A DNA stretch of 64,000 bases, taken from contig JBMNIF010000002.1 in the NCBI GenBank assembly GCA_050950765.1, positions 864,001 to 928,000 of the forward strand. Direction: 5' to 3'. This document shows positions 41,118 through 50,911 of this stretch, piece by piece. The notes beneath the pieces are model-generated. The model ran no database searches. It saw only the letters and a program-made list of their open reading frames with translations, and had not been told where the DNA came from. The position numbers and the translations under genes are program-made. Every line of letters begins with the position of its first letter. Within the stretch, counting starts at the first letter, position 1. This stretch comes from Bdellovibrionota bacterium. Its GTDB lineage: Bacteria > Bdellovibrionota_C > UBA2361 > JAAYZI01.

Positions 41118-41918
41118 GCCTAGCGTGCATATTATACGTAATTATAAGCGATATTTTTGTGATTGTGAAAAAGGCTGAATATGAATAAGCAACCGACAGT
41201 GGCGATTTCCGGTACTACGGGAGTAATCGGCAGTGAGATAGTTTCTATTATTAATGATATGCAGCTTCCCCTCGGGGAGGTGCGCTTACTGGGATCTAAA
41301 AACTCAGTAGGAGAGGTGTATGATGTGCTCGATGATGAGGTTAAAGTTAATCTCTTAGAGAGTGAAAGCTTTGAAGGGGTGAATGCCTAGCGTGCATATT
41401 ATACGTAATTATAAGCGATATTTTTGTGATTGTGAAAAAGGCTGAATATGAATAAGCAACCAACGGTGGCGATTTCCGGTGCTACGGGAGTAATCGGCAG
41501 TGAGATAGTTTCTATTATTAATGATATGCAGCTTCCCCTCGGGGAGGTGCGCTTACTGGGATCTAAAAACTCAGTAGGAGAGGTGTATGATGTGCTCGAT
41601 GATGAGGTTAAAGTTAATCTCTTAGAGAGTGAAAGCTTTGAAGGGGTGAATGCCTAGCGTGCATATTATACATAATTATAAGCGATATTTTTGTGATTGT
41701 GAAAAAGGCTGAATATGAATAAGCAACCAACAGTGGCGATTTCCGGTGCTACGGGAGTAATCGGCAGTGAGATAGTTTCTATTATTAATGATATGCAGCT
41801 TCCCCTCGGGGAGGTACGCTTACTGGGATCTAAAAACTCAGTAGGAGAGGTGTATGATGTGCTCGATGATGAGGTTAAAGTTAATCTCTTAGAGAGTGAA
41901 AGCTTTGAAGGGGTGGAT
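41118..41918 (+). repeat. 267-bp tandem triplication of the leader and 5' end of the usg/asd-like gene
   Basis: Units start at 41118, 41385, 41652 and yield 69-aa truncated ORFs at 41181 and 41448. Confidence 0.95.
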
Positions 41919-42716
41919 GTTGCTATCTTTGCTTTACCTGCAGATGTCGTTGAAAAATACGCCAAGAAAGCTTTGAGTGCCGGATGCGTTGTAATAGATA
42001 CATCTACTTTTTTCAGAATGAATGATGAGTCTCTTTTAGTTGTACCCGCTGTTAATCTTGAAGAGATTTCAAAAGAGACAAAGATGATAGCCTGCCCGAA
42101 TGCTTGTGTGGTCCAACTTGCGCCGCTTCTGCAGGTGGTAGATAAACTCGCCTCTATCAAGCGTGTGGTAGTTACGTCTCTACAACCTGTTGCCAGCGCC
42201 GGTAAGGTGGCTCTAGATGAATTGTGGAATCAGACAATGGCTATTTTTAGACAAGCTGAAGTTGAAATTGAAGCTTTTCAACATCAGATAGCTTTTAATT
42301 GCATTCCGCAGATCGGAGTTTTCTCAGATAACGGTTATACTAAAGAGGAGTTATCTATTGCAGTAGAATTGAAGCGAGTCCTTAAGAAAAAAGATCTGCA
42401 GATTTCATTAACAGCTGTGCGAATCCCGATCTTTCACGGAAGTTCTTTAGTAGTGAATATCGAGACAGAGAGAGCGCTTGAAGTATCCAATCTTAATGAT
42501 CAATTAACGAACGTAATTGACCTTGAAGTTATGCAAGCATACGAAGAGTATCCGATGCCCCTTTCTGTTGCCACTAATGCCGAAAATATTATCGGAAGAA
42601 TTAGAAAGGCGTCAGATAATGTTTTAGATCTCTGGATCTCCGCAGACGGTATCAGAGCGGGTGTTGCTTGTGGCGTTGCTAGAATTCTTCAACGCATTAT
42701 GGAGTGTCATCAGTAG
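41715..42716 (+). CDS. Aspartate-semialdehyde dehydrogenase homolog, USG-1-like (catalytic residues altered)
   Basis: GATGVIG and IAFNCIPQIG present; NPNC reads CPNA and GHS reads GSS; overlaps truA. Confidence 0.8.
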   Translation: MNKQPTVAISGATGVIGSEIVSIINDMQLPLGEVRLLGSKNSVGEVYDVLDDEVKVNLLESESFEGVDVAIFALPADVVEKYAKKALSAGCVVIDTSTFFRMNDESLLVVPAVNLEEISKETKMIACPNACVVQLAPLLQVVDKLASIKRVVVTSLQPVASAGKVALDELWNQTMAIFRQAEVEIEAFQHQIAFNCIPQIGVFSDNGYTKEELSIAVELKRVLKKKDLQISLTAVRIPIFHGSSLVVNIETERALEVSNLNDQLTNVIDLEVMQAYEEYPMPLSVATNAENIIGRIRKASDNVLDLWISADGIRAGVACGVARILQRIMECHQ

Positions 42717-43462
42717 TTTTTAATATGATTACAGTAAAGCTTATTATCGAGTACAACGGAGCCGGTTTTCATGGTTGGCAAAATCAACCTGGACAGCGCA
42801 CGGTACAAGGTGAGCTGGAACGTGTTCTGCCGATGATTTTGAGAGCTCCGTTAAAAAATTTTGTAGCATCAGGTAGAACTGATGCTGGAGTGCATGCCAA
42901 AGGGCAGGTGGTGAGCTTTCGTGTTGAAGAGGAGCCGGATCTTGAAAAAATTAAGCGTGCTGTTAGTTCACTGTTAAGCCCCGAGGTCTCTGTTTTATCA
43001 GCGGAGATAGTGGATAATTCTTTTCATGCTACCTTGAGTGCACGTGGAAAACGGTACGTTTATACGATAATAAACAGGCAGTCTCCGCCTACTTTGGATT
43101 ATGATCGCGCTTGGTGGGTAAGTGCAAAGCTAGATATTGAAAGAATGCGACTTGAAGCTGCGCAGTTATGCGGAGAGCATGATTTTAAAAGCTTTGCAGG
43201 ACCTAAATGCCAAGTAAAATCTACCGTTAGAACTATCACACGATCGGAGATCGTATCTGAACCACCATACCTATATTACATCGTTGAAGGAAACGGTTTT
43301 ATTAAGCAGATGGTGCGTAATATAGTCGGTACATTAGTAGATTTCGGGAAAGGTCGTGCACAGGCAGCTTCAATCTCCGAAGTTATGGCTGCTAAGGATA
43401 GACGTAGCGCCGGAGTAACTGCACCTGGCTATGGCTTGTGCTTGGAAGAAGTTTTTTACTAG
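42704..43462 (+). CDS. truA: tRNA pseudouridine(38-40) synthase
   Basis: GFHGWQ, SGRTDAGVHA, GEHDFKSF, MVRNIVG, GLCL. Confidence 0.95.
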   Translation: MSSVVFNMITVKLIIEYNGAGFHGWQNQPGQRTVQGELERVLPMILRAPLKNFVASGRTDAGVHAKGQVVSFRVEEEPDLEKIKRAVSSLLSPEVSVLSAEIVDNSFHATLSARGKRYVYTIINRQSPPTLDYDRAWWVSAKLDIERMRLEAAQLCGEHDFKSFAGPKCQVKSTVRTITRSEIVSEPPYLYYIVEGNGFIKQMVRNIVGTLVDFGKGRAQAASISEVMAAKDRRSAGVTAPGYGLCLEEVFY

Positions 43463-43583
43463 ACTATCTTTAGGTACACTTTGTGTTTAAGAGGTTTTTT
43501 TACTAAACTATCTTTAGGTATACTTTGTGTTTGAGAAGTTTTTTATTAAACTCTCTTCTGCTATGGCTTGTGCTTGGAAGAAG
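43428..43583. repeat. Echo of the truA 3' end: 43-bp tandem units plus a 24-bp exact copy
   Basis: GCTATGGCTTGTGCTTGGAAGAAG at 43428 and 43560. Confidence 0.8.
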
Positions 43584-43703
43584 CTTCTCTGCATAGTCGG
43601 AAAAGGTTTTTTATGTTTTTAACCTTAGTTTTTTAGCTCTATACCAAATTAGATCTTTATGCTTATCATAAAATATCATTAATTTTATCATGGTGAGGAA
43701 GTT

Positions 43704-44336
43704 ATGGAGATGGGAGAAAACGTTAAGCCTGACATAGAATATCCCAATGCTGCGATGCCGGAGACGTTTAATTACGAGTTTATAAGCAAGAGAGTGTTAG
43801 AAGTTTTTTCTAATAAGCCGGAGGTGTGGGCAAAGATAAGACATGAATATGCAGATGTAAAAAGGATCTATCTAGCGTATCTGCTCGAGTTAATAGCGCT
43901 ATTTGTTTTGGGCGATCTCCTTTCACACCTGTTTAGTGATGGCTTTTTTAATGCAATAGTAATGAGTATTGTGACATATATTTTTACCTGCGCCGGTATA
44001 TATATTTCTGCTCTGCTGCTGGTTAAACTTGCGCCTAAGTTCGGGTGCAGCGTCGATATTGTTTCCGTTCTAAAGTTATTAGCGTATACATTAACTCCTG
44101 TGCTTGTAGCTGGTATTTTTTCTTTTATCGAGCATCTGGGAACATTGATCCGTTTAGTCGCTTTTCTTTACACCGTATATCTACTTTATTCCGCAATCTC
44201 TGTGTTGCTTGATGTGCCGAAAGAAAAGAGGGGAGTGTTCTTTGTACTTGTTTTAATAACAATATTACTTGCCAACATAGCACTCGTCGGTATCTTAAGT
44301 ACTATTATTATCGGAAGTGTTGTTGTCATACAGTAG
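43704..44336 (+). CDS. Yip1-family membrane protein
   Basis: LAPKFG, LAYTLTP, YLLYSAI..LLDVP pattern; about 5 TM segments. Confidence 0.75.
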   Translation: MEMGENVKPDIEYPNAAMPETFNYEFISKRVLEVFSNKPEVWAKIRHEYADVKRIYLAYLLELIALFVLGDLLSHLFSDGFFNAIVMSIVTYIFTCAGIYISALLLVKLAPKFGCSVDIVSVLKLLAYTLTPVLVAGIFSFIEHLGTLIRLVAFLYTVYLLYSAISVLLDVPKEKRGVFFVLVLITILLANIALVGILSTIIIGSVVVIQ

Positions 44337-44672
44337 CACAATAAGAAGAGAATCACGTGTTTTTTAGGGAATGCCGTTTCCCACCTATTTTAATCTAGCT
44401 CTGTAAAAAAAGAGTTCGCGAAAGCGCTACACGTCGATAATGTGCACCAATAGAACGTGGTTTTACTTACATTTGAACTCATTGTATGGATTGTAAGAAC
44501 GTCTAAAACGCAATATATTATTGAGATATCGTAAGATGTTAGTGGTGGAGAGGTGACTTTTGTAACCGTTTTAGGTGGCTTGAAGTGTCGAAGAGTTGCG
44601 AACCGTTACAAAATTTCAGGATGCATACTGAACGGAAAAAGGTGTGCACGTTAAATTCTAAAAAGGTAGATT

Positions 44673-47201
44673 ATGAATAATCAGAAGATTTTAAGCAGAG
44701 GTGCTGCTGCAATGGCTCTCTCGCTGATGACGCCGTTAATGGCGTTGGCAGAAGGAGGAAGTGAACGTTCTTTAGCTTCAGTCCCGTGTTGGTGGTGGAG
44801 TGTGCCGATCTTAGGAGCGTTAGCCTTAGTGATGGCTTTTTATTTCTATAAGTCAATTATGAAAGCTCCTGAGGGTAACGATCGCATGAAAGAGATCGCA
44901 GGTTATGTAAGAGAAGGCGCTTATGCGTATCTGCGCAGACAGTATAAAGTTGTCGCAATCGTTATTGTTGTGCTCAGTATACTTTTAGCCTTTATGGCGT
45001 TTGTATTGCACGTGCAGCATCCACTTGTGCCGTTTGCTTTTATAACTGGTGCCTTTTTCTCCGCTTTGTCAGGTTTTATCGGGATGAAGACTGCTACGGC
45101 AGCATCTGCCAGAACTGCACAAGGCGCTAGTGAATCATTGAATAAAGGTTTAACTATCGCTTTTAGAGCTGGTGCTGTGATGGGATTAACGGTAGTTGGT
45201 CTTGCACTCGCCGATATTGCGATGTGGTTTCTATATCTTTATTTAGGGCATCATCGACTCTTTGGTGGAGATCCGATGAACCTTGAAACGATCACCGTTG
45301 TGATGTTGTGTTTCGGGATGGGTGCTTCAACGCAGGCGTTATTCGCGCGTGTTGGTGGTGGTATCTACACCAAAGCTGCTGATGTCGGTGCTGATTTAGT
45401 TGGTAAAGTTGAAGCGGGCATTCCTGAAGACGATCCCCGTAATCCTGCCGTAATTGCAGATAACGTTGGTGATAACGTCGGTGACGTTGCCGGTATGGGA
45501 GCAGACCTTTATGAAAGTTATGCTGGAGCTATTTTAAGTAGTGCGGCGTTAGGTGTGGCAGCCGTTTCAATTGCTGCGGGAAGTTTTGAGGATGCCTTCA
45601 AATATTTAACAGCGCCGATGTTGATCGCCGCCGCAGGAATCTTGGCTTCAATTATCGGTATCTTCGTAGTGAGAACTAAAGAAGATGCTAGCATGAAGAC
45701 CCTGTTATGGGCTTTAAATAGAGGTATCTACCTTTCAAGTGTTTTGATTGTGATATTTGCTTTTGCCGTTGTTCACTTCCTTGCTTTGCCGATGGGGGTC
45801 TTCTGGTCAATCTTGATCGGACTCTTGTTGGGTATCATTATCGGAAAGGGTACTGAACTGGCTACGGCTGCGGAGTATCGTGCCACGCAGTTTGTTGCAA
45901 GTCAGACTGAAACAGGGCCCGCTACTGTTGTTATTGCAGGTATCGCAGAAGGAATGATGTCAACATGGATCCCAGTTGTTGGTGTTTGCTTGGGAACATT
46001 ACTCTCTTTTGGAGCGATGGGTGGTTTCGGTTCCGGTGATACTGCTTTGGTGGATGGTTTGTACGGTATTGCTATGGCGGCCGTTGCTATGCTTTCAACG
46101 CTCGGCTTAACTCTTGCGACTGATGCATATGGTCCTATCGCTGATAATGCGGGTGGTAATGCTGAGATGGCAGGGTTGCCAGCGGAAGTTCGTCAGAGAA
46201 CGGATGCGTTAGATTCTCTCGGTAATACTACGGCAGCTATCGGGAAAGGGTTTGCTATCGGTTCAGCAGCTTTAACAGCTTTGGCTCTATTAGCCAGTTA
46301 TGTTGAAGAGGTGAGGATCGGTCTTCATCGTGAAGCTGCCGTTGTATATGAAGTACCTGCTGGTGCTGAATATGCGACAAAAGATCTAGGTTACGGCAAA
46401 TACGGTATCTATTTTGCTGGTGCTGAAGGATCTTCGAAAGAAGCTTATACAATCAGCGCTTTTGCTAGTGATACTGATAAAGCCTTTGATATTGAGGTTG
46501 ATGGTAAGACTGTTTCAGTAATCGCCAACCAAAAAGGTGAAAGGGTTAAAAATCAAGCGCTACTTCAGACCAGTGGTGTCGCCAGCTTGCCTGATTATAT
46601 GGATTATTATGGCGTTACGTTGATTAATCCGAAGATTATAGTCGGCGCTTTCTTAGGTGTGCTATTGGTTTTCGTTTTCTGTGCCATGACGTTAAAGGCT
46701 GTCGGTAAAGCCGCCTATGATATGGTAACGGAGGTTAGACGACAATTTGCAGAACACAAGGGGATTATGGATGGTTCAGAAAAACCTGATTATGCTCGTT
46801 GTGTGGCTATTTCAACAGCGGGTGCGCAGCGCGCCATGATTATCCCATCACTGGTGGCGATCGTTGTGCCGATCGTTGTCGGGCTTGTGCTTGGTGTTGG
46901 TGCGGTGCTAGGACTTCTTGTTGGTGGATTGACAGGAGGCTTCTGCATGGCAGTCTTTATGGCTAATGCCGGTGGCGCTTGGGATAACGCTAAGAAGTAT
47001 ATTGAAGCTGGTAATTTCGGCGGTAAAGGCAGCATTCAACATAAAGCTGCTGTTGTTGGCGATACGGTTGGAGATCCGTTTAAGGATACATCAGGTCCAT
47101 CGTTGAACATCCTGATGAAACTTATGACCATGGTTAGCATTGTTTTTGCGGGTTTAATTGTAAAATACTCTCCGCAGATCTCTTCTTTCTTTGGTATGTA
47201 A
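44673..47201 (+). CDS. hppA: Membrane-bound K+-dependent ion-translocating pyrophosphatase (Na+ or Na+,H+)
   Basis: [44 protein letters not shown]. Confidence 0.95.
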   Translation: MNNQKILSRGAAAMALSLMTPLMALAEGGSERSLASVPCWWWSVPILGALALVMAFYFYKSIMKAPEGNDRMKEIAGYVREGAYAYLRRQYKVVAIVIVVLSILLAFMAFVLHVQHPLVPFAFITGAFFSALSGFIGMKTATAASARTAQGASESLNKGLTIAFRAGAVMGLTVVGLALADIAMWFLYLYLGHHRLFGGDPMNLETITVVMLCFGMGASTQALFARVGGGIYTKAADVGADLVGKVEAGIPEDDPRNPAVIADNVGDNVGDVAGMGADLYESYAGAILSSAALGVAAVSIAAGSFEDAFKYLTAPMLIAAAGILASIIGIFVVRTKEDASMKTLLWALNRGIYLSSVLIVIFAFAVVHFLALPMGVFWSILIGLLLGIIIGKGTELATAAEYRATQFVASQTETGPATVVIAGIAEGMMSTWIPVVGVCLGTLLSFGAMGGFGSGDTALVDGLYGIAMAAVAMLSTLGLTLATDAYGPIADNAGGNAEMAGLPAEVRQRTDALDSLGNTTAAIGKGFAIGSAALTALALLASYVEEVRIGLHREAAVVYEVPAGAEYATKDLGYGKYGIYFAGAEGSSKEAYTISAFASDTDKAFDIEVDGKTVSVIANQKGERVKNQALLQTSGVASLPDYMDYYGVTLINPKIIVGAFLGVLLVFVFCAMTLKAVGKAAYDMVTEVRRQFAEHKGIMDGSEKPDYARCVAISTAGAQRAMIIPSLVAIVVPIVVGLVLGVGAVLGLLVGGLTGGFCMAVFMANAGGAWDNAKKYIEAGNFGGKGSIQHKAAVVGDTVGDPFKDTSGPSLNILMKLMTMVSIVFAGLIVKYSPQISSFFGM

Positions 47202-47241
47202 GAAATTAAAGATCCGAGTATAAAGATCGGATCTAAAAAAT

Positions 47242-47311
47242 AAAAAACGGCACCTCTGATCACCCTGAAAAGTAGTATAAAAACAGTGTGAAGATGAGGT
47301 GCCGTTTTTTT
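47242..47311. terminator. Long-loop hairpin / bidirectional terminator
   Basis: AAAAAACGGCACCTC...GAGGTGCCGTTTTTT between convergent genes. Confidence 0.6.
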
Positions 47312-47348
47312 ATCTATGCGGTGTCCGATAGTGTTATAATAAATTTAT

Positions 47349-49301
47349 CTATCTGACGAATCTACCTTCCCAATTTGCAGAATCGCTATAAGTGATGATC
47401 GGGGCGTGTTTAGCCAAGCCGATCATTGAGAAGATTTTTAACGGGACTTTAACACTTGTTGTAACGGTGAACTTATCACCATTAGAAGTTGCTTCGACAG
47501 TAGCGCAGGAATCTTGTTTGCAATCCCAATGCACCCAAGGTAGTGCTGCGTTAATGGCGTTTCGAGCTTTTGCTTCAGCGATATTAAGATCGTGAGAGAC
47601 TCCGGAAAGAGCGCCATTAAAGATCGGAGCTCCGATATCACAGATCCATTCACTAGAGTTAAAACAGTAGGTCGGGATCTCCGACCACAAGAAGGGGCTA
47701 CCTGCAATACCTTCATAAGGTGTTGTCGCTATGTTTGAAGGTTCAGCGTTGTAACAAGCTAGTTGCGGGTTTGTGGTGGATACCCTTTTACCAACTTGAG
47801 TTTTAGTTGGAGTGATAAGATCTTCCGATATCTCGAAAAAAGGTTGTAAAGCTTTAGCACTTTCTCTCTTTACTCTGCTCTCCCAGTTGCAGATCGGATC
47901 GTGCTTACCGAAGAAGAGGGAGCCTTTTTTCTCTGTTTTATCCTTTATCAGGTCTGATACTTTAACTTGAGAGCTCTTGTGTTCAGTAAGACAACTAAGT
48001 GACGAAGTGTTGTTATCTATCCCTTCAGCAGTTACAAAGATCTTATCTTTTACGGCAAAGGCGTTTTTCGGAAGTTGTGCAACTGTGGCAGTCCCTGAAC
48101 AGGAATTATCTTCCAATAGAGAGCAAGCTTTTAAAGCATCAGGAATTGTTGTTTTTGTGATACTCTCTTCAGGGAGAGCAGCTCCGTTTATAGTGGCTGT
48201 GCACCGTGCACCTTCTTTTTCTTGGCAACGAATATTGCAGAGAGATTGTTTCACTACCTTTTCGCTGAATAATCTGATCTGATTAGCCTTCCAACTAACG
48301 TGTCCCGCAGTTGTTCTTTCACCTATAAAGCCGCGATGCTCTAAAACGAAGAGGAGGCAAACGGATTCTCCCCGTTTTGCTTTAAGCTCTTTATTATAAC
48401 TTTCATTATATTCTAATATCCCTTCTTTAAGTGTAGAATCGCCGTTAATATTCTCTTTAGCACTTCCGCGAGTATAAAGAGAACCGTCTGAAGATCCAAC
48501 AAACTCACGCCCGCCAAGCGAAGTCCAGCCCGAGATATTTTTTAGATCACTCGGGAGCACTTGAGGCTTAGCTGGGCATGCTGATCCTGCTGCGTAATAA
48601 AGTAAGACAGCGCCTTTGGTGTTTTTAGTTGTTCCTCTAGCGGATCCATTAACGTGCAGCACTAGCTTTACCTTGTCGGAGCACCGTTTAGATCCGTTTG
48701 GTAAAAAGACACCATCGACCTCTTGTAACTTTTCATAACACGGCGCATCGTCCAGAGTAGGAATTTTACCAAGTTTTACCACGCCTAAAACCGTAGCGCC
48801 GTTCTTTACGGTGCCACTTAACCTTGAAAGGTGTGATTTTTTGGAGTCTCTGTTAAAGAGGGGGTGGTATTTATTTCCAGCGGCATCAGTAAAGGTAGGG
48901 TTTAACGCCTCTTCTTGTGTTGAGCCGATATTTATCTTAGGGGTGTTTTCAAGGGAAACGTAATAGGTGCTATCTGCAAGTTTAGGAGCTTCTAAGTAGG
49001 CGAGTGAGAGGGCACCGTCGAATTTGTATTGTGGTATCGACCATCCTAAGGTGGCTTTGGCACGTGTAACGGGGTAGCGCGCGCTCAATTTTGAATTATC
49101 GATGGTACAGGCACCATCTGTCGGGGTTAGACACCGTAAAGCTTCCGCCACACCGTCCTGCATCCCAGTATAAGCTTGAAAGGTGGAGTTTATATCGATA
49201 ACACCGATAATAAAGAAGATAACAAAGGGGAGGATTAAGGCTTGTTCTAAGATTGAATATCCAGCATCCTTTTTAGCATTTCTTAAACAACTATTCTTCA
49301 T
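47349..49301 (-). CDS. Large TadE-like pseudopilin, Cys-rich
   Basis: N-terminal G|YSILEQALILPF prepilin-like motif plus TM; C-terminal VTTSVKVPL. Confidence 0.65.
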   Translation of the reverse strand: MKNSCLRNAKKDAGYSILEQALILPFVIFFIIGVIDINSTFQAYTGMQDGVAEALRCLTPTDGACTIDNSKLSARYPVTRAKATLGWSIPQYKFDGALSLAYLEAPKLADSTYYVSLENTPKINIGSTQEEALNPTFTDAAGNKYHPLFNRDSKKSHLSRLSGTVKNGATVLGVVKLGKIPTLDDAPCYEKLQEVDGVFLPNGSKRCSDKVKLVLHVNGSARGTTKNTKGAVLLYYAAGSACPAKPQVLPSDLKNISGWTSLGGREFVGSSDGSLYTRGSAKENINGDSTLKEGILEYNESYNKELKAKRGESVCLLFVLEHRGFIGERTTAGHVSWKANQIRLFSEKVVKQSLCNIRCQEKEGARCTATINGAALPEESITKTTIPDALKACSLLEDNSCSGTATVAQLPKNAFAVKDKIFVTAEGIDNNTSSLSCLTEHKSSQVKVSDLIKDKTEKKGSLFFGKHDPICNWESRVKRESAKALQPFFEISEDLITPTKTQVGKRVSTTNPQLACYNAEPSNIATTPYEGIAGSPFLWSEIPTYCFNSSEWICDIGAPIFNGALSGVSHDLNIAEAKARNAINAALPWVHWDCKQDSCATVEATSNGDKFTVTTSVKVPLKIFSMIGLAKHAPIITYSDSANWEGRFVR

Positions 49302-49702
49302 CTTGCGATCCTACAAAAAATACAACAAACAAAAACGGCACTTCATAGTTCAGGTCATGTGATGACCCTTAAAATGCAGTTTTCGCAAAAGAAGTAGAAA
49401 TGTTTCTAAGAGAAGGTACGTTTTTTCCTCTTTTTATTCAATCAAAATCGGTAATTTATAGGCGAGGTTAAGCTAGAAGATGTTTAAATGCTTTAATTAT
49501 AGGAACGTATAGAAAAGGCTAATAATCGCTAGAAAAGAAGGGGCTAAAAAGTGGGAAGCTAGAAAATAAGAGTGGAGAAAAGTGAGGTAAAAGCAATAAA
49601 AAATTGAGAACTTATGTTACGGTATGGTATAAGATAAGAATAACAGAGATATATAGTTACATAGTTTTAACCGTTAATTTTTTTTGATTAAGGGGCGGTC
49701 TT

Positions 49703-50290
49703 ATGTCTGGTGGAGTGAGTTATAACTACAAAAACCCTGCTGTAAACAGGATGACGGAAGCGGCTGAAAGTTTTGCTGTGAATGCTGATAATCAGTATCT
49801 TGCAGCAACAAAGGTGTTGCAGACGGCAGGGCTATCGGATGTAGTTAACCGTGTTTCAGAGAGACAAAATTATAGTGTATTTGTAGGTAGTAATAATACG
49901 GATGTGATGCAGGCGCTCAAAGAAGATGTTAGTGTCGCTGTTCGTGGTCACGTATCACAAGGTGAAGAGGAGAGGGTCATTCGGATTGTTAATGATATGT
50001 TGGAACTCCAAAGAGCACCATCTATCACTGCAAAAAATGATTTATCAATATTAGGAAAAGGCGTTGTAGGTGCTGCTGTTTTAGATGCTGTGATAGGTGC
50101 TGCTGGCGCATCGGATGCTGATAGGCAGGAAGCTAATAAGCAGAAAGCGACCGCACAAACGGCATTAAATAATGCTCAAGGAGAACTGGAAAGAGCAAAG
50201 GGATCGGGGGACACAGCAGCAATAAAGAGGGCAGAAGATCTTGTGGAAAAGAAGCGGGCTGAGTTATATAACGCCACTACCGCCGCTTAA
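49703..50290 (+). CDS. Hypothetical Ala-rich coiled-coil protein
   Basis: 195-aa ORF with RBS-like AGGGG. Confidence 0.65.
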   Translation: MSGGVSYNYKNPAVNRMTEAAESFAVNADNQYLAATKVLQTAGLSDVVNRVSERQNYSVFVGSNNTDVMQALKEDVSVAVRGHVSQGEEERVIRIVNDMLELQRAPSITAKNDLSILGKGVVGAAVLDAVIGAAGASDADRQEANKQKATAQTALNNAQGELERAKGSGDTAAIKRAEDLVEKKRAELYNATTAA

Positions 50291-50377
50291 ACCCAATACA
50301 CTTTTTAATACCGTCTTATTGCAGTAAGAGGAAGTAGTGCTAAAACACTCCTTCCTCTTAAAATTAACTAGGTAATC

Positions 50378-50575
50378 TTATCTGACTTTAACTCTTCTAA
50401 CTTTGCTTCTTCTATCTCCTGAAGCAACGTAAGCTTTAATTACCTTACCTTTCTTAAGTCTCTTAGAGAGTCTAACTTTCCAGATCTTTCTCTGATTCGA
50501 AACTGTTCTGTACATTTTGCCCATAGCTCTAACAAAAACAGTAGATCCAGCAGCAGCCCGCCCTCTTATCAGTTT
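50378..50575 (-). pseudogene. Fragment resembling a C-terminal bacterial Ig-like domain (not in ORF track)
   Basis: Manual translation KLIRGRAAAGSTVFVRAMGKMYRTVSNQRKIWKVRLSKRLKKGKVIKAYVASGDRRSKVRRVKVR*. Confidence 0.45.
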
Positions 50576-50659
50576 ACAATAATAGCCACCACTTTCCTTA
50601 AATACAGTTATAAAAAAGCATTTTACAATAAGGGGCGTTTAAATTGATCTTGTATTTTT

Positions 50660-50911
50660 GGAGGTAAGGGCTATTTAAAAAGAAGCCGATCGTGAAGTAA
50701 GAAGGGGAACCGAGAAATCTTTAACTACCGTGTATTGAGCGGAGGTAAGGGCTATTTGAAAAGAAGCCGATAGTGAAGTAAGAAGGGGGATCGAGAAATT
50801 TTTAACTACCGTGCATTAAACGGAGGTAAGGGCTATTTAGGATAAAGTTACTTGTGAAGTAAGAAGGGGGATCGAGAAAATATTAACTATCGTGTATTAA
50901 ACGGAGGTAAA
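50660..50911. repeat. 81-bp tandem repeat x3 overlapping the rluA-like 3' end
   Basis: GGAGGTAA at 50660, 50741, 50822, 50903. Confidence 0.88.

Noticed and set aside
41118..41918. Diversity-generating retroelement (A/G differences between repeat units)
   Set aside because: No reverse transcriptase in the window, only about 5 differences, and the repeats are tandem 5' ends rather than a TR/VR pair
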